Notes: generated from the letters alone by a model not told the origin. A stretch of DNA of 64,000 nt from an uncultured Acidobacteriota bacterium (GCA_963815675.1 CAWFHP010000005.1:42850-106849), one strand, 5' to 3'. Numbered from the stretch's first letter, positions 40,578 to 52,724 are shown. A program made the numbers and translations.

Positions 40578-42085
40578 ATGATAGACCACGCGAGCGGCTC
40601 ACCCCCAACGCTTCGATGGATTCGCCGGCTTTCGGGGATTCTCCTCGTCGCGGCGGCATTACGGCTCTGGGGGGTCGACTTCGCCCTCGATGTCGAGCGC
40701 GCACGCCCCGACGAGGAGTTCGTGGTGGGAAAGGCGGTGGAGATGCTGCGCTCGGGCGACCTCGACCCCCATTTCTTCCACTATCCCAGTCTCGTCATGT
40801 ACGCCGACGCCGCTCTCCTGGGAATCGTGGAGCCCGTCGTCTCCAAGAGCTTCGACCCGCGCCTCCTCGGACGACTGCTCTCGGTGGTTCTGGGCGTGGG
40901 AACGGTCGCGGTCGTGGGCGCGCTCGGCGCGCGACTCTTCTCGCCCCGCGCCGGCCTCGCCGCGGCGGCGTTTCTGGCGGTCGCGTACCAGCACGTTCGT
41001 GAGTCCCATTTCGCCACGACGGATGTCGCCTTCGTCTTCTTCGTCTCGCTGTCTATCTGGTTTCTCGTCGACGGGCGCGGGAAGGAGAGCCGAATCTGGT
41101 TACGTCTCGCGGCCGTCTCCGCCGGTCTCGCCATGTCGGCCAAATACCCCGGCGTGCTCGCGCTCGTTCCCTTGACGGTCGTCGTGGCGACGCTGGAAGG
41201 AGCTTCCTGGCGCGAGCGAGCGTGGGAGCTCGCGTTCGCCCTTTGCCTCGCCCTTGGCGTTTTCGCGGTGACGTCGCCCTATTTCTTCCTCGATCCGGAG
41301 GGCGCCCGCACCAGCCTCGCGCAGCTCTTTCGCGAGACCTGGGGCGGGGGAGCGTTGACCGCCTGGAACCCTTGGTATCCGATCACGTTCTCGCTCGGCT
41401 ATGGAATCGGGATTCCCCTCCTCGGGCTCGGCGCCATGGGGCTCGCGGCGAATGCTGCGAGGCACGATCCTCATCGCCTGGAGCCTTCCGTTTCTCGCCG
41501 CCGCGATGATGACCCCGACCGCTTTCGCGCGCTATGCACTTCCCGTCGTGCCGCCGCTCGTCGTCGCCGCCGCCGGCTTTCTCGATCGGCTACCCGTCCG
41601 CCGGTGGCTGTGGCTCGCGCTCCTCGCCGCGGGAGCTCTTCCGAACCTGTGGTCATCGGTCGCGTTCGACCGCCTGCTTTCTCGAAGCGACACCCGTAGC
41701 CTCGCGAGGAAATGGATCGAGGCCCACGTGACACCGGGAACGAGAATACAGAATCTGCTCCGGCTATGGTGCGCTCAGCCTTCCGCCGGAATTTCCCGTG
41801 CGGTGGGTTGGCTCGCGCGTTGGTGCGGTACGCGATGCCGAGCGCAACGGTTTCGACATCCTCGTGACTCACCAGCACCCGGCGCTCGAGCGTTTTTCCC
41901 GGGTGGACGAGAGCCTGTCCCGCAGGCTCGAAACCGCCGTGCTCCTCCGCCGTTTCGACCCCTTCGTGGCCGGCCGTTTCATCGGGGTTTACGACGCCGT
42001 GGATGCGTTTTACCTGCCGTATGCTCATTTCGAGGGGGTAGCGCGGCCCGGGCCGGTCGTATCCATCTGGAAGCTTTCGCCATGA
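40578..42085 (+). pseudogene. GT39/ArnT-like membrane glycosyltransferase, two +1 frameshifts
   Basis: RLWGVDFALDVERARPDEEFVVGKAVEML..DLDPHFFHYPSL (PMT_2 signature) in frame 0. Continues in frame 1 (ORF 41401..) and frame 2 (ORF 41798..42085). Start ambiguous (40503, 40542 or 40578). Confidence 0.55.
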
Positions 42086-42253
42086 AAGAAGAAGCCGGCC
42101 CCTCTGCTGAGACGGGACCCGCTGGTATGATGGGGCGCGATGGAGCCACTCCTTTGCCCGCGCTGGTTGTCGAGAACCTGGTAAAAACCTACCCGCTCGC
42201 CCTCATCCTGTCGGGCCTCGTCGGATTCTCCGCGTTCGCGGTCGCGGATTCCT

Positions 42254-43810
42254 TTGCGAGTCGGACGATTCTGTGATGCTCTGCTTCGTCGCGAGACCGG
42301 CGTCATACCCGTGAGCCGTTCCCGAGCTATCGCCCTGGAGAGCGCCATTTTCCTGGTGGCGCTCGTTCCAATGTCGACCCTTCTCGGAAACCCGGTTCGC
42401 GGGCATTTCTATTTCCGCCAGGCCCACGTGATGGCGAACATCGAGAAGTATCTCGAGGACGGGCTGTCGCTTCACCCGGAGACCTATAACTACGACGTTC
42501 CCTACTCGCTCTTCGACTTTCCCGCTTACGAGCTCCTCATCGCGTCGGTCGTGAAAGTGTTCGGCGGCGACCCTTTGCTCCTGTCGCGTCTCTTGAGCCT
42601 CCTCTGTTTCGCCGCGACGTTCTTTCTCATCGACCGACTTCTGGCCTCGACCGGGGTTCCTCCCGGGATGTCGACGATGGTGGTGTTTCTGTTTGCGCTC
42701 TCTCCCCTCTGCCTCTTCTATTTCGGGACGCCCCTGGTCGACGTTCTAGCGATTCCCTTGTCAATCGCCTCGATGTACGCCTTCGTCCGCTACAATGCCT
42801 CGTCGTCGGCGCGGGGCTGGTTCTGGCTGATGACCGGCGCGGGAGTGCTCGCGACTCTCATCAAGAACCCGGTGTACCTTCCCGCCTTCTGCGCCATCCT
42901 GCTGTTGGGAGTGGTGAAGAAGGGCCCTCGATTCTTTTTCGAGCGGGACATCGTCGCGTTCGGTGCGGCCATTTGCGCGTCCGTCGTCCTGTTCAAGCTC
43001 TTCTCCAACCGGGTGAACGACATCGCGGGGTTCTTGAGCTCGAGCGAGTCCACCGCTTACTTCGGCCCTCTCGAGGACCGGCTCGACCCGAGGAGCTGGA
43101 AGCGAATCCTGCGGGTGGAGCAGCAGGAGATGCTCAATTCCGTCACCTGGGTGCTGGCGATCGGAGGGCTCGTCCTGTACGCGCTACGGTCCCGGAGCGC
43201 GTTCAAGAGCCTGTACCTGGGACTCGTCGGCGGCGCCGTCGTGGCGCTGCTCATTTTCTTTTCGCGCTACACCTGGCACGACTACTACCAGCTTCCGATG
43301 GAGCTCCCCCTCGCCTTCTGCGCCGCCTACGGGCTTCAGAGTCTCGCGGACGGCTCCAACTGGTTGCGGTCTCGCTCGCCGCGGCTCGGGAGAGCCTCGG
43401 CGCTCCTCGTCCCCGCCATTCTCGGTCTGAGCCTCTATGAAGGGATGACGGGTTTTCGAGAGGCCGCTTCCACTCCCACCGACTGGATCCAGAGAAACGG
43501 CGATTGGATACGGGAGAGGACGTCGGCGGACGACTTCGTCGTCTATGTCCTGGACACGGCCGATCGACGCGACTGGAATCCGGTCTTTCTCTATTTCGCG
43601 AAGCGCGACGGCTACAATCTCTCGCACAAGAGAGTCAATACACGAGTCCTTTCGTCGGTCCTCGCCAGATTCGGGCCACGGTATCGGCGCGTCCTCCTCT
43701 TCTGTCCGGTGGAGCTACGGCCGGAGCTGAAGAGTCGACTCGGAGCCGCGGGCGCCGTCCTCATCGATGCCGGCCCGGCCGGCTATCTCTATCGGCTGGA
43801 TGCCGGCTGA
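42254..43810 (+). CDS. Polytopic membrane protein, putative GT-C-type glycosyltransferase
   Basis: 518 aa with many TM helices and a C-terminal soluble region. TTG at 42254 or GTG at 42311 as start. Confidence 0.45.
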   Translation: MRVGRFCDALLRRETGVIPVSRSRAIALESAIFLVALVPMSTLLGNPVRGHFYFRQAHVMANIEKYLEDGLSLHPETYNYDVPYSLFDFPAYELLIASVVKVFGGDPLLLSRLLSLLCFAATFFLIDRLLASTGVPPGMSTMVVFLFALSPLCLFYFGTPLVDVLAIPLSIASMYAFVRYNASSSARGWFWLMTGAGVLATLIKNPVYLPAFCAILLLGVVKKGPRFFFERDIVAFGAAICASVVLFKLFSNRVNDIAGFLSSSESTAYFGPLEDRLDPRSWKRILRVEQQEMLNSVTWVLAIGGLVLYALRSRSAFKSLYLGLVGGAVVALLIFFSRYTWHDYYQLPMELPLAFCAAYGLQSLADGSNWLRSRSPRLGRASALLVPAILGLSLYEGMTGFREAASTPTDWIQRNGDWIRERTSADDFVVYVLDTADRRDWNPVFLYFAKRDGYNLSHKRVNTRVLSSVLARFGPRYRRVLLFCPVELRPELKSRLGAAGAVLIDAGPAGYLYRLDAG

Positions 43811-44955
43811 GGGCGAGCCCCGTCGACCTCGGTCCAGATGGAGTCGCAGCCGGTGAAGCGCACGCCCTGGATATTGCGAAACGAGGCGCAGGCCTCGGTG
43901 TCTCCTCGCGCGATTCCGGTCCTCGAGACCGGGTAGAAAGCGAGCAGGTCGTCGAGCCCGTCGCGATTGACGTCGCGAACGAGCGCGCGTCCGAGAAGCG
44001 GCCGCGCACCCTCGGGACCGAATGCGAGGGTCGTCACATCCACGTCGGACACGTCCAAGTCGACGGACCCGAGAATCGCCACCGGCAGGAGGCCGCGCTC
44101 GTCGGGATCGACAAGGTTGAGCTCGGTCCGGGGACGAACGTCGATCGCGACCGTTGGGGCCAGCCATTCGCCGTAGAATTCGTCGATGGCGTGCTCGGCG
44201 AGCGCGACGAGAGCGGTCTCGTTCGGATGGATGGGATCGTCGAACAGGTCGGGCGACCCGGGAAAATGGGGGTCGCCACCGAGCAGCGGTCGGTATCGCG
44301 GATAGCCACCGGGAAGAGCGGTCTCACCGGGGCCGAATGCTCCCGGGTAGCCGAAGTCGTGATGGAGCACCCCGAGGTCGTCCAGCAGAAAATAGCTCGG
44401 ATCGGTTCGCGCTTGAAAACGAATGGCCGTCGCGAGCGCCCCGAGCTCCAAGGCGAAACCATCGCCAGCGACGACATAATCGTACGTGGCGTAGGCGATC
44501 CGCGCTTCGGGACGGACGGCGTGAATCTGCGCTACCACGGTTCGGACGTTGCGAAGGATACGCAAGAGGATGGGGAGTGCCTCGATGGGACTGGTGACTC
44601 CCGCCTGCAGGAAGTCGTTGCCTCCGATCGACAGGTGGACGATATCGAGGGTGGGGTAGTTCTCGAGCTCCTCCGAAATCCGTTCGAGAAACGGCGGGCT
44701 CGCCCAATCCGCCGAAGTCGTTCCACCGATGGCGGTAACGTCTCCCTTTTCCTCGAACTGCGCGAGCCCCTTGTTCTCGAGCGCGGTGCGAAACGCGCGC
44801 GTGCGCCAGGCCCGGGCGGCCCAGCTGTCACCGACGAGCAGGATTCGCGGCGTCCCCGCCGCGGCGATGTCGGGGACGAGAGTCGCGACGACGAGGACGA
44901 GGACGAGGACGATGACAGCTCGGTTGCGCATCCGTCTTTCCGTGCCCTCCGCCAT
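43789..44955 (-). CDS. Secreted SGNH/GDSL-family hydrolase with C-terminal beta domain
   Basis: RILLVGDSWA (GDS motif) after a signal peptide. ATG at 44955 overlaps the upstream stop as TGATG. The 5' part of ORF 43789..45693 is rejected. Confidence 0.65.
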   Translation of the reverse strand: MAEGTERRMRNRAVIVLVLVLVVATLVPDIAAAGTPRILLVGDSWAARAWRTRAFRTALENKGLAQFEEKGDVTAIGGTTSADWASPPFLERISEELENYPTLDIVHLSIGGNDFLQAGVTSPIEALPILLRILRNVRTVVAQIHAVRPEARIAYATYDYVVAGDGFALELGALATAIRFQARTDPSYFLLDDLGVLHHDFGYPGAFGPGETALPGGYPRYRPLLGGDPHFPGSPDLFDDPIHPNETALVALAEHAIDEFYGEWLAPTVAIDVRPRTELNLVDPDERGLLPVAILGSVDLDVSDVDVTTLAFGPEGARPLLGRALVRDVNRDGLDDLLAFYPVSRTGIARGDTEACASFRNIQGVRFTGCDSIWTEVDGARPQPASSR

Positions 44956-45749
44956 CACACGGTGCTCGTAGCCGAGGCCGAGACCGGCTGTCCCTCTCTT
45001 GCCTCGGTGAACGCTTCGACGGGAGCGAGGAGCCAGGCGATGACGTCGAGCCGCTCCGAGAAATGAACGAGCGGAGGAGGGCCGGAAAGCTCCATTCCGA
45101 GCAGCCGCGTCACGTCCAGGTGCTCGATCTCCGCTTCCCCTTCGTGCAGAGGCCACGACCGGTGGTGAATCTCGCCCCGGAAAAGACGCCCTTCCCGGTT
45201 CGCGGCGTAGAGGCAGTACCGCTCCGTGAGCCAGCGCTCGAGAGAATCGCCGCGCGCCGGACCGAGACCTCGATAGCGGCCGGCGAAGACCGCTTCGGGA
45301 GCGCCGCGGTGAGAACGCTCGGAGCGATAGCGCGTCGCCCCACCCTCTCGCGAAACGGACATGCGAGCGTCGAAGTAGGGAAGGTGAAAGAGCGCCCGCG
45401 CGCCTCGCACGGCGATGCGGCTCGCGGCGTCGAGGCTGAAGAACCAGACCCCCGGTTTGTCCCCGGCGACGACGTAGGTTCTCACGTTCAGCTCGGCGAA
45501 CGTCGCGAGCCCCGGGAGGGGTGGCGTCCACCGGGGTCGCACCCCGCTCATCCAGAAGGGGACGACGCCGAGCCAGGCGACGCCATCGAACATATCTAGA
45601 GTCAGGGCGGGAGGAAGGAGGGCGCGCAGAGCGTTCGGGCTCACCGGCCAGTGAAGGAAGGCGAGGTCGTGCCAGCTCATGGCGAGAGCCCACGGCCTGC
45701 GGGGAAGCGGCCAGGGGCGGTGGCTCGTTTCGACTAACGCGGGGTGCAT
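44955..45749 (-). CDS. DUF2071 (YqjF-like) family protein
   Basis: WHDLAFLHWPV...LTLDMFDGVAWLGVVPFWM matches the DUF2071 N-terminal signature. Confidence 0.6.
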   Translation of the reverse strand: MHPALVETSHRPWPLPRRPWALAMSWHDLAFLHWPVSPNALRALLPPALTLDMFDGVAWLGVVPFWMSGVRPRWTPPLPGLATFAELNVRTYVVAGDKPGVWFFSLDAASRIAVRGARALFHLPYFDARMSVSREGGATRYRSERSHRGAPEAVFAGRYRGLGPARGDSLERWLTERYCLYAANREGRLFRGEIHHRSWPLHEGEAEIEHLDVTRLLGMELSGPPPLVHFSERLDVIAWLLAPVEAFTEAREGQPVSASATSTV

Positions 45750-46044
45750 CGCCGCAATAGTAGAAAATTGGCGCCGGCTAGGAAAGTTGCGGAGCTAGAG
45801 CTCGCGAGACCGCCTCGAGGGGGAAGGAACGCAAAGACGCCAAGGCGCAGAGACGCAAAGAAATTCCTGGGCTCGACGGGACCGGCGACGAGCCTCCGGA
45901 GTGGTACGGAAGCGTGAGAGACGCGCACGGGAGCAAAGGCGCAGAGGCGTCTCCCTTGGTACCTATGCTTGCTTGGCGGCTTTGCGTTCTTCCCCTGCAT
46001 TTTCATGGGTTTCGGGTGAGGCCTTCCGCCTCATGAGCCACTAG

Positions 46045-48100
46045 CTAGTTGCTCGCGAGGTGGAGAAGGAACGCGTAGGTCAGCGCCGTCTCGCGGTAAC
46101 GCCGGTAGCGTCCCGACGGCGCCGCCGTGGCCGGCCTCCATGTTGGTCTTCAGCAGGAGCCGGTTGTCGTCGGTCTTCAGTCGCCCGCAGCTTCGCCACC
46201 CACTTCGCCGGCTCCCAGTACTGCACCTGCGAGTCGTGGAGGCCCGGCGTCACCAGCAGGTCCGGGTAGGCCTTCGCCTCGACGTTGTCGTAGGGCGAGT
46301 ACGAGCAGCATGTACTCGTAGTACTGCTCGCTCGTTGCGGGTTGCCCCATTCGTCGTACTCGCCCGTGGTGAGGGGAATCGAGCCGTCGAGCATCGTGGT
46401 GACGATGTCGACGAAGGGCACGTGGGCGACCACGCCGTGGAACAGGTCCGGGCGCAGGTTGATCACGGCGCCCATCAGCAGGCCGCCCGCGCTGCCGCCC
46501 AGGGCGAACAGGCGCTCCGGATCGGCGTATCCCTCCGCGACCAGGTAGTCCGCCGGCGTCGATGAAGTCGGTGAAAGTGTTCTTCTTCTGCAGCAGCCGG
46601 CCGTCCTCGTACCAGGCCCGGCCGAGGATCTGCGCTGCCCCGGACGTGGGCGATGGCGAAGACGAACCCGCGGTCGAGGAGGCTCAAGCGCGCCGAGGAG
46701 GAACGTCGGCTCATGGATGATGCCATAGACGCCGTAGCCGTAGAGGGCGAGCGGCGGCTGCCGTCGCTTCGGGAACCCGGCGGTGGACGAGCGAGACGGG
46801 AACGCAGGCGCCGTCCCGCGGCCGAACGCCAGCAGGCGCTCGGTGACGTAGTCCGCGGGATCGAAGCCGCCGCATCACCTCGCTCCCGCTTGAGCGAGGC
46901 GGCTTTCCCGGGCGTCGCATGTCGTAGTCGTAGGTGGTGGTCGGGGTGGTGAGCGAGCTATAGGTGAATCGGAGGACGCTTCTGCTCGACCTCGAAGTTC
47001 TCGCCGAGCTCGATGTAGTAGGCGGGCTCGTCGAAAGCGACGTCGTGCTCCGGCGAGCCGTTGCGCGGAATGACGCGGAGTCTCCTGAGCCCGGAGCGTC
47101 TCTCGACGAGGACGAGGAAGTCGCGGAACACTTCCAGATCCTCGAGGAAGACGTCCTCGCGGTGGGGCACGATTTCTTCCCAATTCTCGGCCGCCGGCGC
47201 CGACACGGGTGCCTTCACCAGACGAAAGTTCTTCGCCTCCCGGTTGGTGAGGATGAAAAAGTGCTCGTCCTCGTGGTGTGCCCTGTACTCGTGTCCCTTT
47301 TCCCTCGGCTGCAGCAACACGAATGGGTCCCCGGGACGATCGGCTTCGACGAACCGGTACTCGGTGGTGAGCGCGTGGGCGGAGACGATGAGGACGAATC
47401 TCCTCGACTTGGTACGGGCGACACGGACGTAAAACGTTTCGTCCCGCTCCTCGTAGATCAGAACGTCCTCTTTCGGGTCGGTGCCGAGTCGATGGCGGAA
47501 GACCTGATACGACCGGAGGGTCTCAGGGTGCTGGCGGGTGTAGAAGATCGTGCGATTGTCGCTGGCCCAGGCGACGTTTCCCGTCACCTCCTCGAGGACG
47601 TCGTCGAGGAGCTCGCCTCTCTCCAGGTCCTTGAAGTACACCGAATAGATTCGCCGGCCTCTCGTGTCCACGGCGTAGGCCAGGACCCTCTGATCGGGGC
47701 TCGTTCCGCCGAGTCGCAGGGAGAAAAAATCGTGTCCTTCGGCGAGGAGGTTTCCGTCGATGAGGACTTCCTCGGAGGCGTCGAGGCGTTGTTTCCGCCG
47801 GCAATGGACGGGATATTCCTTGCCCGCTTCGAAGCGGTGGTAATGGTAGTAGCCGTCCCGGGAGTAGGGGACCGAGCTCTCGTCGGGGTCGATGCGGTCC
47901 GTGATCTCCCGGACGATGGTCTCCTGGAGCTCCCGGGTGTGCGCCATCACCTCCTCGGTGTAGGCGTTCTCGGCCTCGAGGTGGGCGAGGACTTCGGGAT
48001 CGTCGCGTCGGTTCAGCCAGAAGAACGGATCGTGACGAACGTTCCCGTGCTTTTCGAGCCGCTCCGGGATCTCCTTCGCTTTCGGTGGTCGTTGTCGCAG
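46045..48100 (-). pseudogene. ptrB: Oligopeptidase B (S9A prolyl oligopeptidase family), heavily frameshifted (at least 6 shifts)
   Basis: N-terminus RPPKAKEIPERLEKHGNVRHDPFFWLNRRDDPEVLAHLEAENAYTEEVMAH. Propeller piece in ORF 46958..47950 (SVPYSRDGYYHYHRFEAGKEY..). [12 protein letters not shown] in ORF 46475..46726. [53 protein letters not shown] in ORF 46080..46475. True C-terminus [27 protein letters not shown] ends at 46045 in yet another frame. No canonical start codon is found in frame. Confidence 0.6.
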
Positions 48101-48121
48101 GCTCTCTCTCCAATCTGAGTG

Positions 48122-50537
48122 CTATTGGTGGTCGGTCGCGCCCGCGGGCGAGAGGGTCAGGTCGCTCTCGGTCACCGTCTCGATCTTCTCCCGCGAAAAA
48201 AATATCGGAAAATATTGATGATTGACCCAGAGGGAGAAGAGGTCGCGGTAGTGCGGGTTGTCGGGATTTCCCGATTGGCCCGGGGAGTTGGTGGCGACGG
48301 AGTTGTCCCAATGGGACGTGTCCAGAACGACCCGGAAGGTGGCGCCCGAAGTCTGATTGTCTCCCGCTCCCGTCGCGTTGAGCGTCGAATCGTACCCGCC
48401 GCGAGGGGCAGGTCCGACGTCGAGCTTTTCCCGTGTCTCGGGGGAAACGGCGGGACTGAGCAGGTGATGGACGAGGACGTGCTTGAACGCGATTGGCCGT
48501 ACTGCCAAAGGCTCATGTCGGCGCCGAGCCTCTTGGTGAGATTGGCCACCGCTTCATCGAGGCTCGTTCTCAGGATCTCGTCGCGTCCCGCGAGAGGTTG
48601 GTCTCCGAAGCGTCCATCGGGCGCGACGAGCCAGTCGATCACCCGTTTCTTGTTGAGCCGGCCCACGAGCTCCCGCGCCTTCTCCGGGACGAGACGGGCG
48701 GCGATGTTGTCGAGGAGGCGTCTCTCGAAGCTGACGTAAATGGCGGCGGCGATCGACTCCTTGTCGAGAACGAAGTCCCAGTTCAGGAGCTTTCCGAGCG
48801 CGTCCCGGGATCGCGCATCGGAGAGCTCGAGATGACGGAGAAGCGGCACGATGTTTCTCGCGGGAATCGAGAGCTCGTCGTGCTGGAACTGCATCATGTC
48901 CACGATGGTGAACCGGCGCCCGGTCGCGAGAAGCTCGTTCTCGCGGAGTCCGCGCATCTCGTCGCCCCACTCCCAATGGAGCGCCGTCGGGTAGGGATAG
49001 TCGTCGGGAACCATGAGGTTGTTGGCGGTCGCCCAATAGCCTCGCGGCGGATTTTCGACGTGAGGAAGTGCCTCGATCGGAAGAAACCCGTCCCACTCGT
49101 ATCTTCCGTCACCGGGAACGGGAACGAGGCCGCTCCAGTTGGGTCGGATGGGCGAGATGCCCACCGCCTGATAGCCGATGTTCTTGTCGACGTCGCCCCA
49201 GACCATGTTCTCCGCGGGGATGCGGCTGTAGGCGCAGGCGGCGCGGAACTCCTCCCAGCTCTTCGCCTGGTCCATGCGCAGGCTCGCGAGATAGGGAGCG
49301 TTGCCTATCTCCATCCAGGCGGCGCGCAGGGCGTAGGCCTTGTGATGCTCGCGATCCTCATAGAGGACCGGGCCGTGCCGGGTGTATTTGAGCTCGATGT
49401 TCTCGGAGACTCTCCCTTGATGGGAATGCTCTCGCGGATGATGCGCATGTCCTCCCAGCCGCCGAGGTAGCGGTACTGGTTCGGATTGTTCGGGTTGGTG
49501 TCGTAGACGTAGAGATTTTCGTTGTCCTGACCGAAGACCGTCAATCCCCAGGCGCCGTACTCGTTGTGCCCGATGGAGACACCCGGAAGAACCGGCTCTC
49601 CGCCGCCAATGACGTTCCAGCCCGGCGCCACCAGATGCACGAAGTAGCGAAGTGAGGGGGCAGAGAGAACCCGATGCGGATCGTTGGCGACCAGAGGGTA
49701 TCCGGACTGGGTGAAGCGTCCGCCGACCGTCCAGTTGTTGCTCCCAATGGCGTCGCTGCCGTCGCCGGTGGGAAGCGTCACCCGAACGTCCGCGGCGAGA
49801 CGCCGGTAGTTTGCCTCGTCGTTTCGATACCGGGCGACGACATCCTCCGGCCGGAACTGGATCGGCCCCCGAAAGGCACGATAGACACCGAGGATGTCCT
49901 CTTTGAGGAGCGAGCCGTCAATCGACGGATCGAGCGCGAGCACGGGATCGTCCGGCCGGAACCATTCGAGCTCTTTCACTTTGTCGGCGCCGATCGCGGC
50001 GACCGCCATTCCGTTGCGTAGCTCCTCGGTTACGTTCGACAGGAGCCCCTGATGGCGTGAGATGACGATCACGGGAGTCCATCGTCCCGGCTTGATGCCC
50101 AGGAGACGGAACTCGATGGGAAGAAGCGAGGGATCTTTTTCCGTCTCGGCGATGAAGCTATTGACCCCGTCGACGAAGGCCCCCACAATCTGCTCGCCCC
50201 GCGGATGGTAGTGGGAGAGCTCCTGCTTCATGTCCTTTCGGAACATGTGGAGCCTGGCCCCGATGTCGCGGGCGAGCTCGCGCCGCCCCAGGATCTCCGC
50301 CACCGTTCCCGTCGCCTGCCGCCGCCACATCTCGAACTGGAAGAGGCGATCCTTCGCGGCGGTGTAGCCCTGCGCGAAGAAGAGGTCGTGCTCGTTCTTC
50401 GCGTAGATGTGCGCGACACCCCAGCGATCGGTCAGAATCTCCACGGGCTCGCGGAGCCCGGCGACGTTCATGCGCTCGGCGGCATAGAGCGGGGTAGAGA
50501 CGAGCAGGAGAACGAGCAGCATTCGCAAGTGCTTCAT
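48122..50537 (-). pseudogene. Penicillin-acylase-family (S45, Ntn-hydrolase) secreted amidase, two frameshifts
   Basis: Signal peptide plus alpha subunit and the SNNWTV nucleophile in ORF 49305..50537. Middle piece in ORF 48172..49314. C-terminus (GQSGNPDNPHYRDLFSLW) in ORF 48122..48508. Confidence 0.65.
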
Positions 50538-52682
50538 CGGGATCCTCCGGGGGCATTCGAGGTCGAGTTGGGGGTCGGGCGGAGCTTCTTGTCGAAAAAG
50601 TCGGAGGCCGCATGGTACGCCGCGAGCCAGTTTCGATGGAGAAGGAAGTCGTGGACCTCATCGGGGAACACGAGCTCCTCGAACGGCACGCCCCGGCGGG
50701 AGAGCGCCTCGGCGAGATCCACCGACTCGCTGAAGGGGACGTTACGGTCGTCATCGCCATGGATGAGGAGCACGGGCGAGCGCCAGCCGTCGACCGACGC
50801 CATCGGCGAGGACTCGAACGCGAGGCGCGCGACGTCGGCTCGTTTCTCCGCCTCGTACGCGGGGACGAAGTTTTTGATGACGACGTTCCAGTCGTGGACT
50901 CCGTGGATGTCGACACCCGCGGCGAAGAGGATCCGACGCGCGGGAAAGGCCCATCGCGGTGAGGTAGCCTCCGTACGAGCCGCCCCAGAGCGCGATGCGG
51001 GCGGGGTCGACGTCGTTGCGGCTCCTGAGGTAGAGCCCGGCGCCCACGACATCCCGGTACTCGCTCGCCCCCCGGGCACCATAGTCGAGCGCTTCGCGAA
51101 ATTCCATACCGTAGCCGATGCCGCTCCGGTAGTTCACCGACAGCACGACGTAGCCGCGGCTCGCGAGGTACTGATTCATCGCGTAGGCGTTGTGGTAGTA
51201 GTACATGTAGTGCCACCCGAGAAGCATCTGCCGCCGCGAGCCGCCGTGGAAGAACACGATCGCCGGGCGCCGATCGCCGCTTCTCGCGTCTTTGGGAACG
51301 AACAGCTGTCCGTGGATTTTCATGCCGTCGGCGGCGGAGAAGACTACGGGCTCGGGGACTACGAGGTCGGAAGGAAAATCGGTGGGGACCGTCGCGGGAG
51401 CGAGCGCTCGCGCCGGCTCGGAGCCGACCCGGATCATCGGATGGGCCGGAAGCCGCGCGTCGGAAGCGAGATAGGCGACGGCGGATCCGTCCCCCGCGGC
51501 GACGGGCGACCACTCGAGGCCGCCTCCCGACGTCACCGCTCGCGGAGTGCCCCCCGAAGCCGAGACCTGCCACAGGTGCCGCCGATCGGTGTCGTTCTGG
51601 TTCGAAGAGTAGAAGACGTCGGCGCCGTCCGCGGTGAGCGTGACGTGCTCGACTTCGAACTGGCCGGGGGTGAGAAGGGTCGCCTCTCCTCCCGACGCCG
51701 GCACGGAATATAGATGAACGAAGCCCTCCCGTTCCCAGGGAAAGACGATGTGATCGCCTTTCGCCCAGAGCAGCTGGTTGGCGGCGACAATCTCGTGGAA
51801 GGCGCTTCCCGTGCCTTCGTCCGCCTCCCACACGAGGCGACCCGTCCCGGTCTCGACGTCGGCGATTCGAATCGACCAGGGAAGGGCGCTCCTTCGAGGA
51901 AAGAACGGAAGCCGGTTACGCTCGTTCGGTTGGCGGATGAACGCGATCCGCTTTCCGTCCGGGGACCAGACCGGCTCGGTGTCGTGGCCGAGCCCGGGGT
52001 CGAGGTAGCGGAGGGTCTTTTTCGCGAACGAGTAGACGCCGATGAAGCCGTGGTCTCCCCTTCGGCTGACGAACGCGAGGTAGGTACCGTCCGGCGACCA
52101 GCGGAGCGATCCCGCCCGCCCTCGCGTTCGAGCGAGAGGTTTCGGCTCCCCGGCGCCGGCGGTGGGGACGGTCCAGATTTGAGCGTTCTTGTTGTCGACG
52201 AGCGCCAGCGTCTTCCCGTCGGGTGAGAACGCGGGGTCCACGCCTTCGGCCAGCTTTTTCGCGTTCTCGCTTCCGTCGGCGCGCGCGATCCAGACCGACT
52301 GGTCCTCACCCTTGGGATCGCTCACCGGATTGGGGATCTCGCCGTTGCGATTGGGATCGCCTCCCCGGACGAAGGCGACGTAGCTCGCGCCCGAGCCGAA
52401 GACCAGCCCGGTTATCTCCTGGCCGTCGTCTTCGTCGAAGCCAGCGATCTGGCGGGCGCGGTAGTCCGGGGCCGCGGCGGCCCACAGGCTGTGCCGGCCA
52501 TCGGCGTCCTGGGTCCAGGCGATCTTACCGGCGTTCGGCGCGGCGACGAGCTCGGAGGGAAACGGGGCGCTCAGGATCTGCTCGAGGGTAAACGTCTCTG
52601 CCGAGACTCTGCCGACGAGAAGCGAAAGCGCCCCGAGGGCAACGACCGATAGAATCGTGGATGAAAGAAGTACTCTCTTCAT
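50534..52682 (-). pseudogene. S9-family peptidase (N-terminal beta-propeller plus alpha/beta hydrolase domain), one frameshift near 50950
   Basis: Signal peptide, WSPDG repeats and GGSYGG nucleophile elbow in ORF 50751..52682. C-terminal HGDDDRNVP..DEVHDF in ORF 50534..51082. ATGA overlap with the downstream acylase start. Confidence 0.65.
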
Positions 52683-52724
52683 GAAGACCCCGTTTCCGAG
52701 CGGGACGCTCGAGCCGGAAATATA

